IMG/VR virus record: IMGVR_UViG_2711768005_000013
Strand: one strand, 5' to 3'
Origin: a virus
Taxonomy: Duplodnaviria; Heunggongvirae; Uroviricota; Caudoviricetes
Length of the DNA stretch: 44,601 nucleotides
The position numbers and the translations under genes were made by a program. The notes below the pieces were generated by a model. The model made no database searches. It saw nothing but the letters and a program-made list of their open reading frames with translations, and was not told the origin of the DNA. Within the stretch, counting starts at the first letter, position 1, and the number at the start of each line of letters is the position of its first letter. This document shows, piece after piece, positions 21,499-30,078 of the stretch.

Positions 21499-22261
21499 GC
21501 ATGATCTCCACCATGCGCTGCGTCATTCGGACAAATCCATTTTCAATAGCCTGCTGATAATCAATGATCACCAGCGCCGACTCCTCGAAAAGGCACTGAA
21601 TTTCAGCGGGGGCATGAGCGTAATAGTCCGCAATTCTGCTGAAATTAAACACCGTGTGACGTTCTGCTGCACACAGGAGGAATTTCTCAATATCAGGATC
21701 AAGGGACGCCGAACGTATCCGGCTGATCAGCTCCTGAGTTTTCGTATCGTCGTACAGTTCACTGATATCCGGTTTACCGCCTGACGGCTCATAAACAGGC
21801 GTATCAATTTTCGTCGTATACGGCTCCTCCTCATTTCCTGTACCGGGCAAAACATCCGTCAACAGTTCATCAATTTCTGCCGGGATGAAGCCTGTCAGGG
21901 AGACATCAAAATCAGCATTGATTAGGTCCGACAGCTCCATCCGCAACAGATCTTCATCCCAGCCAGCATTCATCGGCAGGCGATTATCTGCCAGGCGGTA
22001 CGCCTTTTTCTGCTCATCCGTCAGGCCAGACAGAACAATGACCGGAACAGAATCCATTTTGAGCATTTCAGCCGCCATAACACGACCGTGACCCGCAATA
22101 ATTTCGCCCTTTTCGTCAATCAGCACCGGATTAGTCCAGCCGAATTGCTTAATACTTTCTACCAGTTGTGCCACCTGCTCAGTACTGTGCGTCCTGGCGT
22201 TGTGCGCATACGGTGACAATTCTTGTAATGGGCGATAGACTATCTTTAATTTCTCGCTCAT
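21473..22261 (-). CDS. ParB-like nuclease domain protein
   Basis: N-terminal ParB/Srx-type motifs (NPVLIDEKGEIIAGHGR); K-12 ynaK is probably a short N-terminal remnant of this gene. Confidence 0.7.
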   Translation of the reverse strand: MSEKLKIVYRPLQELSPYAHNARTHSTEQVAQLVESIKQFGWTNPVLIDEKGEIIAGHGRVMAAEMLKMDSVPVIVLSGLTDEQKKAYRLADNRLPMNAGWDEDLLRMELSDLINADFDVSLTGFIPAEIDELLTDVLPGTGNEEEPYTTKIDTPVYEPSGGKPDISELYDDTKTQELISRIRSASLDPDIEKFLLCAAERHTVFNFSRIADYYAHAPAEIQCLFEESALVIIDYQQAIENGFVRMTQRMVEIMHGGEEEYA

Positions 22262-22398
22262 ACAGCCTTGCTTTATGAATAAAACGCACCCCAGCAGCCA
22301 GTGCTACTGGGGGCGGAGGTGTTGCTGGTAAAGTTAGGTATTGGATCAATGAGTGAGTCAACATAATATTAAACTCACAATTATAAATCAGCCATATA

Positions 22399-23856
22399 TT
22401 AGGAGCGCCAAAAAAAACCTGAAAACAATATAATAACAGGATAAATTTCAAGGCGACCAAGAATCATAGCTATGCACATTAAATATTTTGCAATGTCATT
22501 AAGCACTCCGAATGACGATGCAGTAGCCCCAAAACCTAATCCCATATTATTAATACATGCAGCCACTGTTGCAAATGATGTAAGAAAATCATATCCCATA
22601 CCATTTAACACCAGTATAAAAAACACCGTGAAGAGAGTATAAAGAAAAAAGAAACTCCATACAGACCTCATTACACGATCTGTAACTATCTTCCCTCCTA
22701 CATTTACACTCAACAACGCTCTGGGATGAGAAAGCTGATTTATCTCGTGTTTGCTTTGTTTGAAAAGTATAAGAAATCGAAGTGACTTAATTCCACCACA
22801 GGTTGAACCTATACATCCCCCAAAGAAACTTGACAACAGCAAAAACACTATCGTGTGCGTGGGCCAGTTTGCATAATCCTGCGTAGCTAAACCATTATCA
22901 GTGAGCATGGAGCTGGCAAGAAAAAACGAATGAATAAAACTTCCATGCAAGTCATACATACCTATATGCCAGACCTGGAAAGAGGTAACAATGATCACCC
23001 CTAAGGCTATTAACAGAAAGAAACGAAGTTCAATATCTCTGATTAAAGGTTTTATCGTTTTTCTGCTAATAACAATATACCAAAGAGTGAAGTTGAAAGC
23101 CGATAGCAGGGAAAAAGAACCAGCCACCAGCTCAACCAAATAGTTATTAAAATATCCGATACTCTCGCTATGAGTTGAGAAACCACCAAGCGAAACTGTG
23201 GAAATCCCGTGACAAATAGCATCAAACAAAGGCATTCCTGCAAGTCTATAACAGACAATACAAGCAATACCTAATAAAGAATAAGTTATCCACAGTGTCC
23301 GTGACGTATCGGCCAGGCGGGGAGTGAGTTTGTCATCCTTAAATGGCCCCGGCATTTCTGACTGATAAAGCTTTGCACCACCAATACCCAATAATGGCAA
23401 TACTGCAACCGCCAGAACAATAACTCCTAAACCACCTATAAAATTTAACTGTGACCGATAGTACAAATATGCCCGAGGTAATGAACTAACATCATCAATT
23501 ACAGTTGCTCCTGTTGTTGTTATTCCAGAAACCCCTTCAAACAGAGCATCAATGAACGTTAAATTAAGTTCTGAGTCAATCCATAAAGGGAATGCACTAA
23601 TAACAGAAAACAAAATCCAAAACATTACAATTATAATAAACCCATCACGGGTACGTAATTGAATGCCAGATTTCTTAGTTGTATACCACGCTCCGCCACC
23701 AATGCAAAAAAATATAACGAAAGTTATAAAGAAAACGAACAGGCTTTTTTCTTTATAAAACAATGCTACAACCATTGGTGGCAACATTGAAAGACTATAG
23801 AGCCAAACCAGGAACCCACACATATGAGTAACAACTCTTACATGAGATGTATTCAT
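22399..23856 (-). CDS. trkG: Trk-system K+ uptake protein TrkG
   Basis: 485 aa from ATG at 23854-23856 (MNTSHVRVVTHMCGFLVWLY), multi-pass membrane protein with TrkH-family GxTTTGATV motif; visibly AT-rich. Confidence 0.9.
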   Translation of the reverse strand: MNTSHVRVVTHMCGFLVWLYSLSMLPPMVVALFYKEKSLFVFFITFVIFFCIGGGAWYTTKKSGIQLRTRDGFIIIVMFWILFSVISAFPLWIDSELNLTFIDALFEGVSGITTTGATVIDDVSSLPRAYLYYRSQLNFIGGLGVIVLAVAVLPLLGIGGAKLYQSEMPGPFKDDKLTPRLADTSRTLWITYSLLGIACIVCYRLAGMPLFDAICHGISTVSLGGFSTHSESIGYFNNYLVELVAGSFSLLSAFNFTLWYIVISRKTIKPLIRDIELRFFLLIALGVIIVTSFQVWHIGMYDLHGSFIHSFFLASSMLTDNGLATQDYANWPTHTIVFLLLSSFFGGCIGSTCGGIKSLRFLILFKQSKHEINQLSHPRALLSVNVGGKIVTDRVMRSVWSFFFLYTLFTVFFILVLNGMGYDFLTSFATVAACINNMGLGFGATASSFGVLNDIAKYLMCIAMILGRLEIYPVIILFSGFFWRS

Positions 23857-23993
23857 ATCTAAATATTCTTTCAATTATAACCACCTTGCTGCAATATTAT
23901 GATTATACTGTATAAAATTTAACTCCTCTTAGATCTTACTTCACTGTTCCTTATGAAACAATCATCAAAATGAATCATATTGTAGTTAAGATT

Positions 23994-24458
23994 TTACTTT
24001 AAACACTGCTCGGTTATGTATTGCTGAGCACCTTCAAGTTGGGCCTGCATCATTACCAGTCGTTCCCGGAGGGTGAAATAATCCCGTTCAGCGGTGTCTG
24101 CCAGTCGGGGGGAGGCTGCATTATCCACGCCGGAGGCGGTGGTGGCTTCACGCACTGACTGACAGACTGCTTTGATGTGCAACCGACGACGACCAGCGGC
24201 AACATCATCACGCAGAGCATCATTTTCAGCTTTCGCATCAGCTAACTCCTTCGTGTATTTTGCATCGAGCGCAGCAACATCACGCTGACGCATCTGCATG
24301 TCAGTAATTGCCGCGTTCGCCAGCTTCAGTTCTCTGGCATTTTTGTCGCGCTGGGCTTTGTAGGTAATGGCGTTATCACGGTAATGATTAACAGCCCATG
24401 ACAGGCAGACGATGATGCAGATAACCAGAGCGGAGATAATCGCGGTTACTCTGTTCAT
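23994..24458 (-). CDS. rzpR: Spanin inner-membrane subunit (Rz)
   Basis: N-terminal TM segment then coiled-coil; final gene of the lysis cassette; contains embedded Rz1 frame. Confidence 0.8.
   Translation of the reverse strand: MNRVTAIISALVICIIVCLSWAVNHYRDNAITYKAQRDKNARELKLANAAITDMQMRQRDVAALDAKYTKELADAKAENDALRDDVAAGRRRLHIKAVCQSVREATTASGVDNAASPRLADTAERDYFTLRERLVMMQAQLEGAQQYITEQCLK
24053..24238 (-). CDS. rzoR: Spanin outer-membrane lipoprotein subunit (Rz1), embedded in Rz in an alternative frame
   Basis: 61 aa with lipobox LVVVGC and Pro-rich mature region ([15 protein letters not shown]). Confidence 0.75.
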   Translation of the reverse strand: MRKLKMMLCVMMLPLVVVGCTSKQSVSQCVKPPPPPAWIMQPPPDWQTPLNGIISPSGNDW

Positions 24459-24946
24459 TGCTGACCCCACAAACAGATTTCACGCTCAATCTCACGACGA
24501 GTCATGAGACCTTTCCATTGCTTACCGCCAGCATATGTCCAGCGACGTAGCTGATCACATGCGCCTTTGATATCGCCCTGGTTTATTTTGCGANNNNNNN
24601 NNNNNNNNNNNNNNNNNNNNNNNNNNNNNNNNNNNNNNNNNNNNNNNNNNNNNNNNNNNNNNNNNNNNNNNNNNNNNNNNNNNNNNNNNNNNNNNNNNNN
24701 NNNNNNNNNNNNNNNNNNNNNNNNNNNNNNNNNNNNNNNNNNNNNNNNNNNNNNNNNNNNNNNNNNNNNNNNNNNNNNNNNNNNNNNNNNNNNNNNNNNN
24801 NNNNNNNNNNNNNNNNNNNNNNNNNNNNNNNNNNNNNNNNNNNCCAGACCATCGTTACCACTTGGGCCAGTGATTAACACTGATGCTATAGCAATTGCTC
24901 CGCCACCAATAGCAGCAGCAACGACTTTTCGTAATGATGGAGGCAT
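24455..24946 (-). CDS. SAR endolysin (phage 21 R-type lysozyme), interrupted by an N run
   Basis: N-terminus [34 protein letters not shown] (signal-anchor-release domain) and C-terminus [38 protein letters not shown] match the phage 21 lysozyme. Confidence 0.85.
   Translation of the reverse strand: MPPSLRKVVAAAIGGGAIAIASVLITGPSGNDGLXXXXXXXXXXXXXXXXXXXXXXXXXXXXXXXXXXXXXXXXXXXXXXXXXXXXXXXXXXXXXXXXXXXXXXXXXXXXXXXXXXXXRKINQGDIKGACDQLRRWTYAGGKQWKGLMTRREIEREICLWGQQ
24595..24843. other. Run of N inside the endolysin gene
   Basis: Contiguous n characters. Confidence 1.
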
Positions 24947-25161
24947 TATTCACCTCTCGCAGCCTTGCGCTTATCTTCTTTAATCTTGAAATAAAGGTTT
25001 GTCAGGTACGTCAGCAGGCCAAATACCAGACTACCCAGCACACCGATTGCAGCCCACTGTGACGGAGTTACTCTATCGAGCAACTGTAAAAACCAGTAGC
25101 CAGCACTGCCTGCGGAGGTGCCGTAGGCAATGCCTGTTGAAATTTTGTCCATGGATTTCAT
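24946..25161 (-). CDS. S21-type pinholin with dual start (Met1/Met4)
   Basis: [45 protein letters not shown]... closely matches phage 21 S; GGAGGTG SD 7 nt upstream; ATG codons at 25159-25161 and 25150-25152. Confidence 0.8.
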   Translation of the reverse strand: MKSMDKISTGIAYGTSAGSAGYWFLQLLDRVTPSQWAAIGVLGSLVFGLLTYLTNLYFKIKEDKRKAARGE

Positions 25162-25264
25162 AGCCTCACCTCCGCACGGAACGGATGGCATAGTTATTAT
25201 GTGTAGGCTTTCAGACACATCAATCAGAGCCTTAATTGATATATATGCTGGAGACGATGCAATA

Positions 25265-25287
25265 TAAAAAGCTCGCCGTAGCGAGCT
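25265..25287 (-). terminator. Intrinsic terminator downstream of the lipoprotein pair
   Basis: Minus-strand hairpin AGCTCGC-TACG-GCGAGCT followed by TTTTTA. Confidence 0.45.
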
Positions 25288-25412
25288 AATAAAATGTATT
25301 TCTCTGATATTATGTTTATTTGTATTAGCTCAGACTTGACATCACAGGTTTCGTATATAGAACATCATCAAATCTGTCAGTTTGCTATGAATGAGATATA
25401 GTAATTGAAGAG

Positions 25413-25808
25413 CTAACCTCGCATGTCAAAGCCAGATTTCTGAAAATCTCTGTAGACTTCCGGATTGTTGAAGGCCGGAAATTTGGCTTTATGAGCTGCG
25501 GACTTTATCGCTTCGCAATAGGCTTTATCACCGTTACTGGTAGATATTTTTAACGCCGTGCCATCCTGAGAGAATTCCATATGCAACCTGCATTTTTTCC
25601 CTTTCCAGTTATGCGGCTCATCAAGTTTGGCATTAATTGCAGCTCTGATTCCCCGCGCTTGCGCCCCCCATTCATCCTGATCATCCCAGCGTCCTGAACT
25701 GCAACTACCTGTAGCAGTAGTTTTGTGGCAATCTGAAGGGTGTAAAGGTGTGCATCCCGCAACAAAACCGACCCAAAAAGTCAACATAACGATTTTCTTT
25801 AATCCCAC
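25413..25808 (-). CDS. Lipoprotein with TolA domain III-like C-terminal domain (paralog 2)
   Basis: GTG start with GAGGAG SD 4 nt upstream; signal peptide MGLKKIVMLTFWVGFVAGC with lipobox; C-terminal region aligns in pattern with the E. coli TolA C-terminal domain (GKKCRLHMEF..DG..LKI...GD...C.A...AA..AKFP....EVYRDFQ). Confidence 0.6.
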   Translation of the reverse strand: MGLKKIVMLTFWVGFVAGCTPLHPSDCHKTTATGSCSSGRWDDQDEWGAQARGIRAAINAKLDEPHNWKGKKCRLHMEFSQDGTALKISTSNGDKAYCEAIKSAAHKAKFPAFNNPEVYRDFQKSGFDMRG

Positions 25809-25958
25809 TTCTTGCTCCTCAATCCATTAAAATCTCAGCAATAGTAGTTGTTACGTCCGCCACTGGCTCAGAGCTGACTATCCGCTAAATTTAGCTCAGT
25901 GCCGTAGCTGTGTCAGAACAAACCTAAGCCGAAACCGTTTATTACAAAACAATAAATA

Positions 25959-26387
25959 TCAGGGTTTAAAATCCAGCACCCCATTTTGAAATACTTTATA
26001 TACTTCCGGCGAAGGGGGGGCAGGTATATCAGCATTCTTTATCGCATTCATCGCTTCACGACATAAATCGAGGTCTCCACTTTCTCTTTTAACCTCCAGT
26101 AGAAGGCCATTCGGGGCCATATGCATTCTCAGTGTACACTCTTTTCCTGAATACTTACTCGCATCCCCGAACTGTTTTTCGATGGCGCTCTTGATTTGAT
26201 GGGCATACAGACGGATATCCTCACTAACATCAGAAGTACGTTCAGATGAACTCACATACTGTGTCTCTATTGCTTTATCGGAGTAATATGATGTACGGTC
26301 ATGATAATTTGTCGATACAGCATCAGTGCACCCGATAATAATCCCACTAATAATCAACGTAAGAATTGATGCGCTACGAAAACCCAT
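25959..26387 (-). CDS. Lipoprotein with TolA domain III-like C-terminal domain (paralog 1)
   Basis: GAGGA SD before ATG; signal peptide with lipobox IIGC; C-terminus YAHQIKSAIEKQFGDASKYSGKECTLRMHMAPNGLLLEVKRESGDLDLCREAMNAIKNADIPAPPSPEVYKVFQNGVLDFKP closely resembles the TolA C-terminal domain as I recall it. Confidence 0.7.
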   Translation of the reverse strand: MGFRSASILTLIISGIIIGCTDAVSTNYHDRTSYYSDKAIETQYVSSSERTSDVSEDIRLYAHQIKSAIEKQFGDASKYSGKECTLRMHMAPNGLLLEVKRESGDLDLCREAMNAIKNADIPAPPSPEVYKVFQNGVLDFKP

Positions 26388-26416
26388 TTTTCCTCACATA
26401 TGTCATATAGTAAAGG

Positions 26417-26446
26417 ATTATATATACCGTTGTTTTGGACGCTCAA
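26417..26446 (-). promoter_or_regulatory. Candidate sigma70 promoter for the lipoprotein pair
   Basis: Minus strand TTGAGC - 18 nt - TATAAT about 30 nt upstream of the lipoprotein-1 ATG. Confidence 0.35.
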
Positions 26447-26976
26447 ACAGCGAATCAGATCAAATAAAACGCACATTTGTTAACATTTACACAAAGTCTG
26501 CGTGGGATATTCTGAAAGAATATCCATAATGTGGAGAGAATCTATTGAAGTGCATGGTGCCGGGTGCCTCCCGGTGAACAAAATGTTCGTGATACCTGTC
26601 GGCGACAGAAAAGGTTAATGGTATCACCCCACCGCACAGGGGGATTCACCATGCAGGAGTTTTCTTAGCAAACTCACTGCGCGCCCGGCAACTCCCAACC
26701 ACATAAAATGCGGAGTTTGTGGCATTTATGCATATAACTCGCAGGAATTATCTTAAAAAACTGATGTCGATCCGGATTAAAAAGAAGCAGGTCATCATCA
26801 GATGACTGGAAAAAAGGAAAACAAAAAATACTCATCATACAGTTTTGATTGCAGGGATGAGCCTGCTATGCACAATATGCAGAATATAAGCAAGATAAAA
26901 ATATGCAGGCATATTATTTCGGATCTTGTTATTAACACAACCTTTTTAATAATCATTTGGCATACAATAAACCAGC

Positions 26977-27004
26977 CCAAAAAGAACCGCCTAAACAGGC
27001 GGTT
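26977..27004 (-). terminator. Intrinsic terminator in the Q-to-lysis intergenic region
   Basis: Minus-strand hairpin AACCGCCT-GTTT-AGGCGGTT followed by CTTTTTGGG. Confidence 0.45.
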
Positions 27005-27323
27005 GGTCAATACAAAGGATGCTTCGTCTTTATTATAGTAATCTGAGGCGTCGGGTGTCTTGTATCAGACAACATATTGTCCCGCTAAACAGCGAATTAC
27101 AAACCACCCTGCAATGATCTCTCATCTCATTTTATATGAGTTGACGACATCAGGATAACGCATCATCAGCCCCTGCCAAGAAATATCAAAACTCCCGCCA
27201 GCAATGTGTTATCACAATATTGTAAAAAAAACACAGCACCGAAACTATAACTGGTCTCTGTTATAATTTGGAGCAGAAAGACCAGTTGCCCAACTAGCAG
27301 CATTCTCCCCTGCTTTCCTGACG

Positions 27324-27351
27324 TAAAAAAACCGCATTAAGCGGTTTTTTT
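27324..27351. terminator. Perfect palindromic bidirectional terminator about 80 bp downstream of Q
   Basis: AAAAAAACCGC-ATTAA-GCGGTTTTTTT: stem flanked by A-run and T-run, so a U-tract follows the hairpin on either strand. Confidence 0.55.
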
Positions 27352-27431
27352 ACGATGTCCATGTCTGCAATCCGCCTCGCGATACAGCTTTGCGAAGCAT
27401 AGCAAAATTGAAGCAGTTTATACGTAAGAAA

Positions 27432-27974
27432 TCAAGCCATTTTCTCAGCAAATGATTCACGCATGGGAATATATAGGGCATACTCAGCAACAGCTAACCA
27501 ATTAGCAATCCGTTTTTCGCATGTGCTAAAACACCACTCTGGGTGTGCATCATTTAGCAATTCAGCCATTTTGCGCTTAGTCATCCCCCGCCCTTCATAG
27601 CGTTGCCGGAGAATGCAAATCAATCCTGGATGCTCTGCCAGCACCTCACTTATGACTCGATCAATACATAACGCCTCTGCATCAGTACAATGCGCCAGCC
27701 AGCTCTTTTGCTTGCCGTTGATCATCTCTCGCAAAAACGCTTCCAGCTCAGCTTTCTCTATTCCCGCTTTTTTCATTCTGCGCAGGGCTTCATTAATGGC
27801 TGTTTTCGTCAGTTTTTTGGATGCCAACAACTGATTGAACATATTCCCTGACCTGCCACCGCCAATATACGACCAGCGCCCCCACATACGTAGTTTTCCC
27901 TGAATCCAGACACTTTCCAGCGTGGTGAGGCGAAGGTGTTCTCCGCTTTTTCCTGTATTCGTTGGGTAAATCAT
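27432..27974 (-). CDS. Q-like late antiterminator
   Basis: 180 aa in the Q position (between nin-type genes and the lysis cassette) with LRMWGRWSYIGGG segment resembling Q-family proteins. Confidence 0.55.
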   Translation of the reverse strand: MIYPTNTGKSGEHLRLTTLESVWIQGKLRMWGRWSYIGGGRSGNMFNQLLASKKLTKTAINEALRRMKKAGIEKAELEAFLREMINGKQKSWLAHCTDAEALCIDRVISEVLAEHPGLICILRQRYEGRGMTKRKMAELLNDAHPEWCFSTCEKRIANWLAVAEYALYIPMRESFAEKMA

Positions 27975-28261
27975 AAATGACCTTTCTTTCTCCAGATTTC
28001 TTGTGTGCGAAAAACCCCTTCAGCATGCATCAGGCGCAATTCTTCTTTGGTGTAATCGCTGGTTTTTACCCGCCCGTCGATTAGATCGTGGCATGAGCTA
28101 CAGGCTATCGCCGCCTGCATATCATGTGGTTTTGTCGCTGTTCCGCACGTCCCCGCCAGCCTGTAATGCGCCAGCACAGAGGTTTCGGGATTGTGATTGC
28201 AGTAGCCAGGGATTCTGATCTGGCACATCTGGCCTTTAGCCGCTTTACGTAAATTCACCAT
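27971..28261 (-). CDS. DUF1364 / YbcO-like putative nuclease
   Basis: 96 aa, MVNLRKAAKGQMCQIRIPGYCNHNPETSVLAHYRLAGTCGTATKP...CSSCHD; Cys pattern and sequence resemble DLP12 YbcO as recalled. Confidence 0.65.
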   Translation of the reverse strand: MVNLRKAAKGQMCQIRIPGYCNHNPETSVLAHYRLAGTCGTATKPHDMQAAIACSSCHDLIDGRVKTSDYTKEELRLMHAEGVFRTQEIWRKKGHL

Positions 28262-28860
28262 TACGCAAACTCCAGTAGTTGTGCGGCCACATTTTCAACT
28301 TCCTCCTGAGAGGAGAATTTACGGAACAGAATCCAGTTCCACAGCACATTCAGTACAGATTTATAAACCTGCTGAAACTCGACTTCGTCCATATTCGCAA
28401 AAGCGATGGATTTTGCCCGACGCCCACGGCTACCGTCCGGATAAATATGCTCGGTGTAAAATCCGGCCTGAATGGTTACCCACTCGCGGAAAGCCTCAAA
28501 CGACTTTAGCAACGCCGTATCCCGGGTTCTACGAGTCGCAACGGTGTTAAGGTATTGCTCTGCGGCATCACTCAGGGCTGGCGTGTGTTCCCGACCAACT
28601 GATTCGCACAGGTAATCAACGAAACCAGACAGCAGTTCTCGTTCGCGAGGCGTGATCGCCCCACCGACCGGAGTCCAGTAATCGAATCCCAGTTGCAGGA
28701 GTTTGAAAAAACGCTTGTGGAATGCGTAGTTACGCACACGCTTAAAGTCTGCGTGTATCCACTCACCTATTTTGATTTGATGCAGAAAATCGCAACTCTC
28801 CGGCGTCGCCGGGAGAAGTAAACCAGAAGAGGTTTGTTTGACCAGTTGTATATGCGCCAT
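28261..28860 (-). CDS. DUF1367 / YbcN-like protein
   Basis: 199 aa starting MAHIQLVKQTSSGLLLPATPE with FEAFREWVTIQAGFY segment; nin-region position. Confidence 0.6.
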   Translation of the reverse strand: MAHIQLVKQTSSGLLLPATPESCDFLHQIKIGEWIHADFKRVRNYAFHKRFFKLLQLGFDYWTPVGGAITPRERELLSGFVDYLCESVGREHTPALSDAAEQYLNTVATRRTRDTALLKSFEAFREWVTIQAGFYTEHIYPDGSRGRRAKSIAFANMDEVEFQQVYKSVLNVLWNWILFRKFSSQEEVENVAAQLLEFA

Positions 28861-29140
28861 TTCTCAATCTCTCGATGGCGCAGCGCAGCAGATGCCAGTT
28901 GTTCAGGCTGACGAATAAAGTATAAATAAACTGGCTATGGTGTAAAGCCCCACATAGCATGAACAAACACTACATATCAAATAGCTGGTACAAGGATAGA
29001 AATACGACACTTATTATTAAAAACGATTAGATAAATTACATTTTAATGTTATGCAAAAGTTCTTTTTTATCATAACATTTCAATAAAAGCATTACAGATG
29101 CAATCATCCCGTCATCATCAATTATTTAAGGTGGTTAAAC

Positions 29141-29227
29141 ATGGAAAATAACAAGTTCGCACATCTCGCTCCTTTTTTATCCGTAATCCTTTTCGCTTGT
29201 TGTTTTATATGGGCATTATTTTTATAA
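29141..29227 (+). CDS. Candidate small hydrophobic membrane peptide (28 aa), not in the supplied ORF track
   Basis: AAGGTGG SD 6 nt upstream of ATG; translates MENNKFAHLAPFLSVILFACCFIWALFL; lies in an 800-bp AT-rich stretch with no other credible ORF. Confidence 0.4.
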   Translation: MENNKFAHLAPFLSVILFACCFIWALFL

Positions 29228-29673
29228 AGTAGCCACATGATAAGTTGCTGGAATCATATTTCCCACTCAAGTCATTAACATTTGATAAGATATATCTAAA
29301 AGGACGCCTTTACATTATTTATGCGTATATAATTTATTTATATACACAGTAAAGGTATCCTGGGAAAATATTTATCGTTAAAAAATACATCATAAATAAT
29401 TAAGCTGAAATTTCAGAACACAACTAATACACACAATAAGGTTCAGTAACAGTAATCTATGTGGACTACATCGAGATTTTTTGATTAAACTTTAATAACT
29501 TATTCCTAACACACAGAATGCATAAACTAAAAGTAAAACAAATAGTTATACGAAAAACAACCATATTTATTCTATCTTCTCCTCTAATCAACATATCAAT
29601 TATGTGTTTCATAACAGCTTGACATAACCCTCCAAAAGATGCATTTTTAATGCATGTTTTGGAGGAGGTGGTT

Positions 29674-30012
29674 ATGACACACAAGAGAATTCCTAAAGAT
29701 TGGGTAATCAAACGCTCAACTCCGTTCTTCACAAAAGAGAACGTACCTTCAGCGTTATTAACACATCATAATACAGCAGCAGGTGTTTTTGGGCAGTTGT
29801 GCGTAATGGAAGGCACTGTAACATATTATGGTTTTACTGATGAGAATGCTACTGAACCGGAGATAAAAGTAGTCATTAATGCTGGCGCTTTTGCAACAAG
29901 CCCACCACAATACTGGCACCGTGTTGAACTAAGCGATGATGCTCAGTTTAATATTAACTTTTGGGTCGCTCCAGACTTTTCGGGCGAAAAAGTCTATAGC
30001 ACCAAAAAATAG
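29674..30012 (+). CDS. DUF1971 (TehB N-terminal-like) domain protein
   Basis: GGAGGAGG SD before ATG at 29674 (ORF-track start 29650 is upstream); motifs HHNTAAGVFGQL...PQYWHRVELSDD match the DUF1971 pattern HNTK.G.WG.L....P..WHRVE.LSDD. Confidence 0.6.
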   Translation: MTHKRIPKDWVIKRSTPFFTKENVPSALLTHHNTAAGVFGQLCVMEGTVTYYGFTDENATEPEIKVVINAGAFATSPPQYWHRVELSDDAQFNINFWVAPDFSGEKVYSTKK

Positions 30013-30041
30013 ATGATCATATTAAAAATGCTTTAACAGTC

Positions 30042-30078
30042 AGACCCGGCAGGGCTATCCCCGACGGGTCTCATTTTT
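30042..30078 (+). terminator. Intrinsic terminator downstream of the DUF1971 gene
   Basis: AGACCCG...CGGGTCT stem followed by CATTTTT, 30 nt after the stop codon. Confidence 0.45.

Noticed and set aside
26540-26660. Locally GC-rich segment that I examined as a possible tRNA gene
   Set aside because: No cloverleaf-compatible arms or T-loop consensus (GTTCRANYC) could be found by eye; would need tRNAscan to exclude formally
26802-27038. 78-aa K/N-rich plus-strand ORF in the Q-to-lysis intergenic region
   Set aside because: Low-complexity AT-rich translation with no SD; overlaps a terminator hairpin
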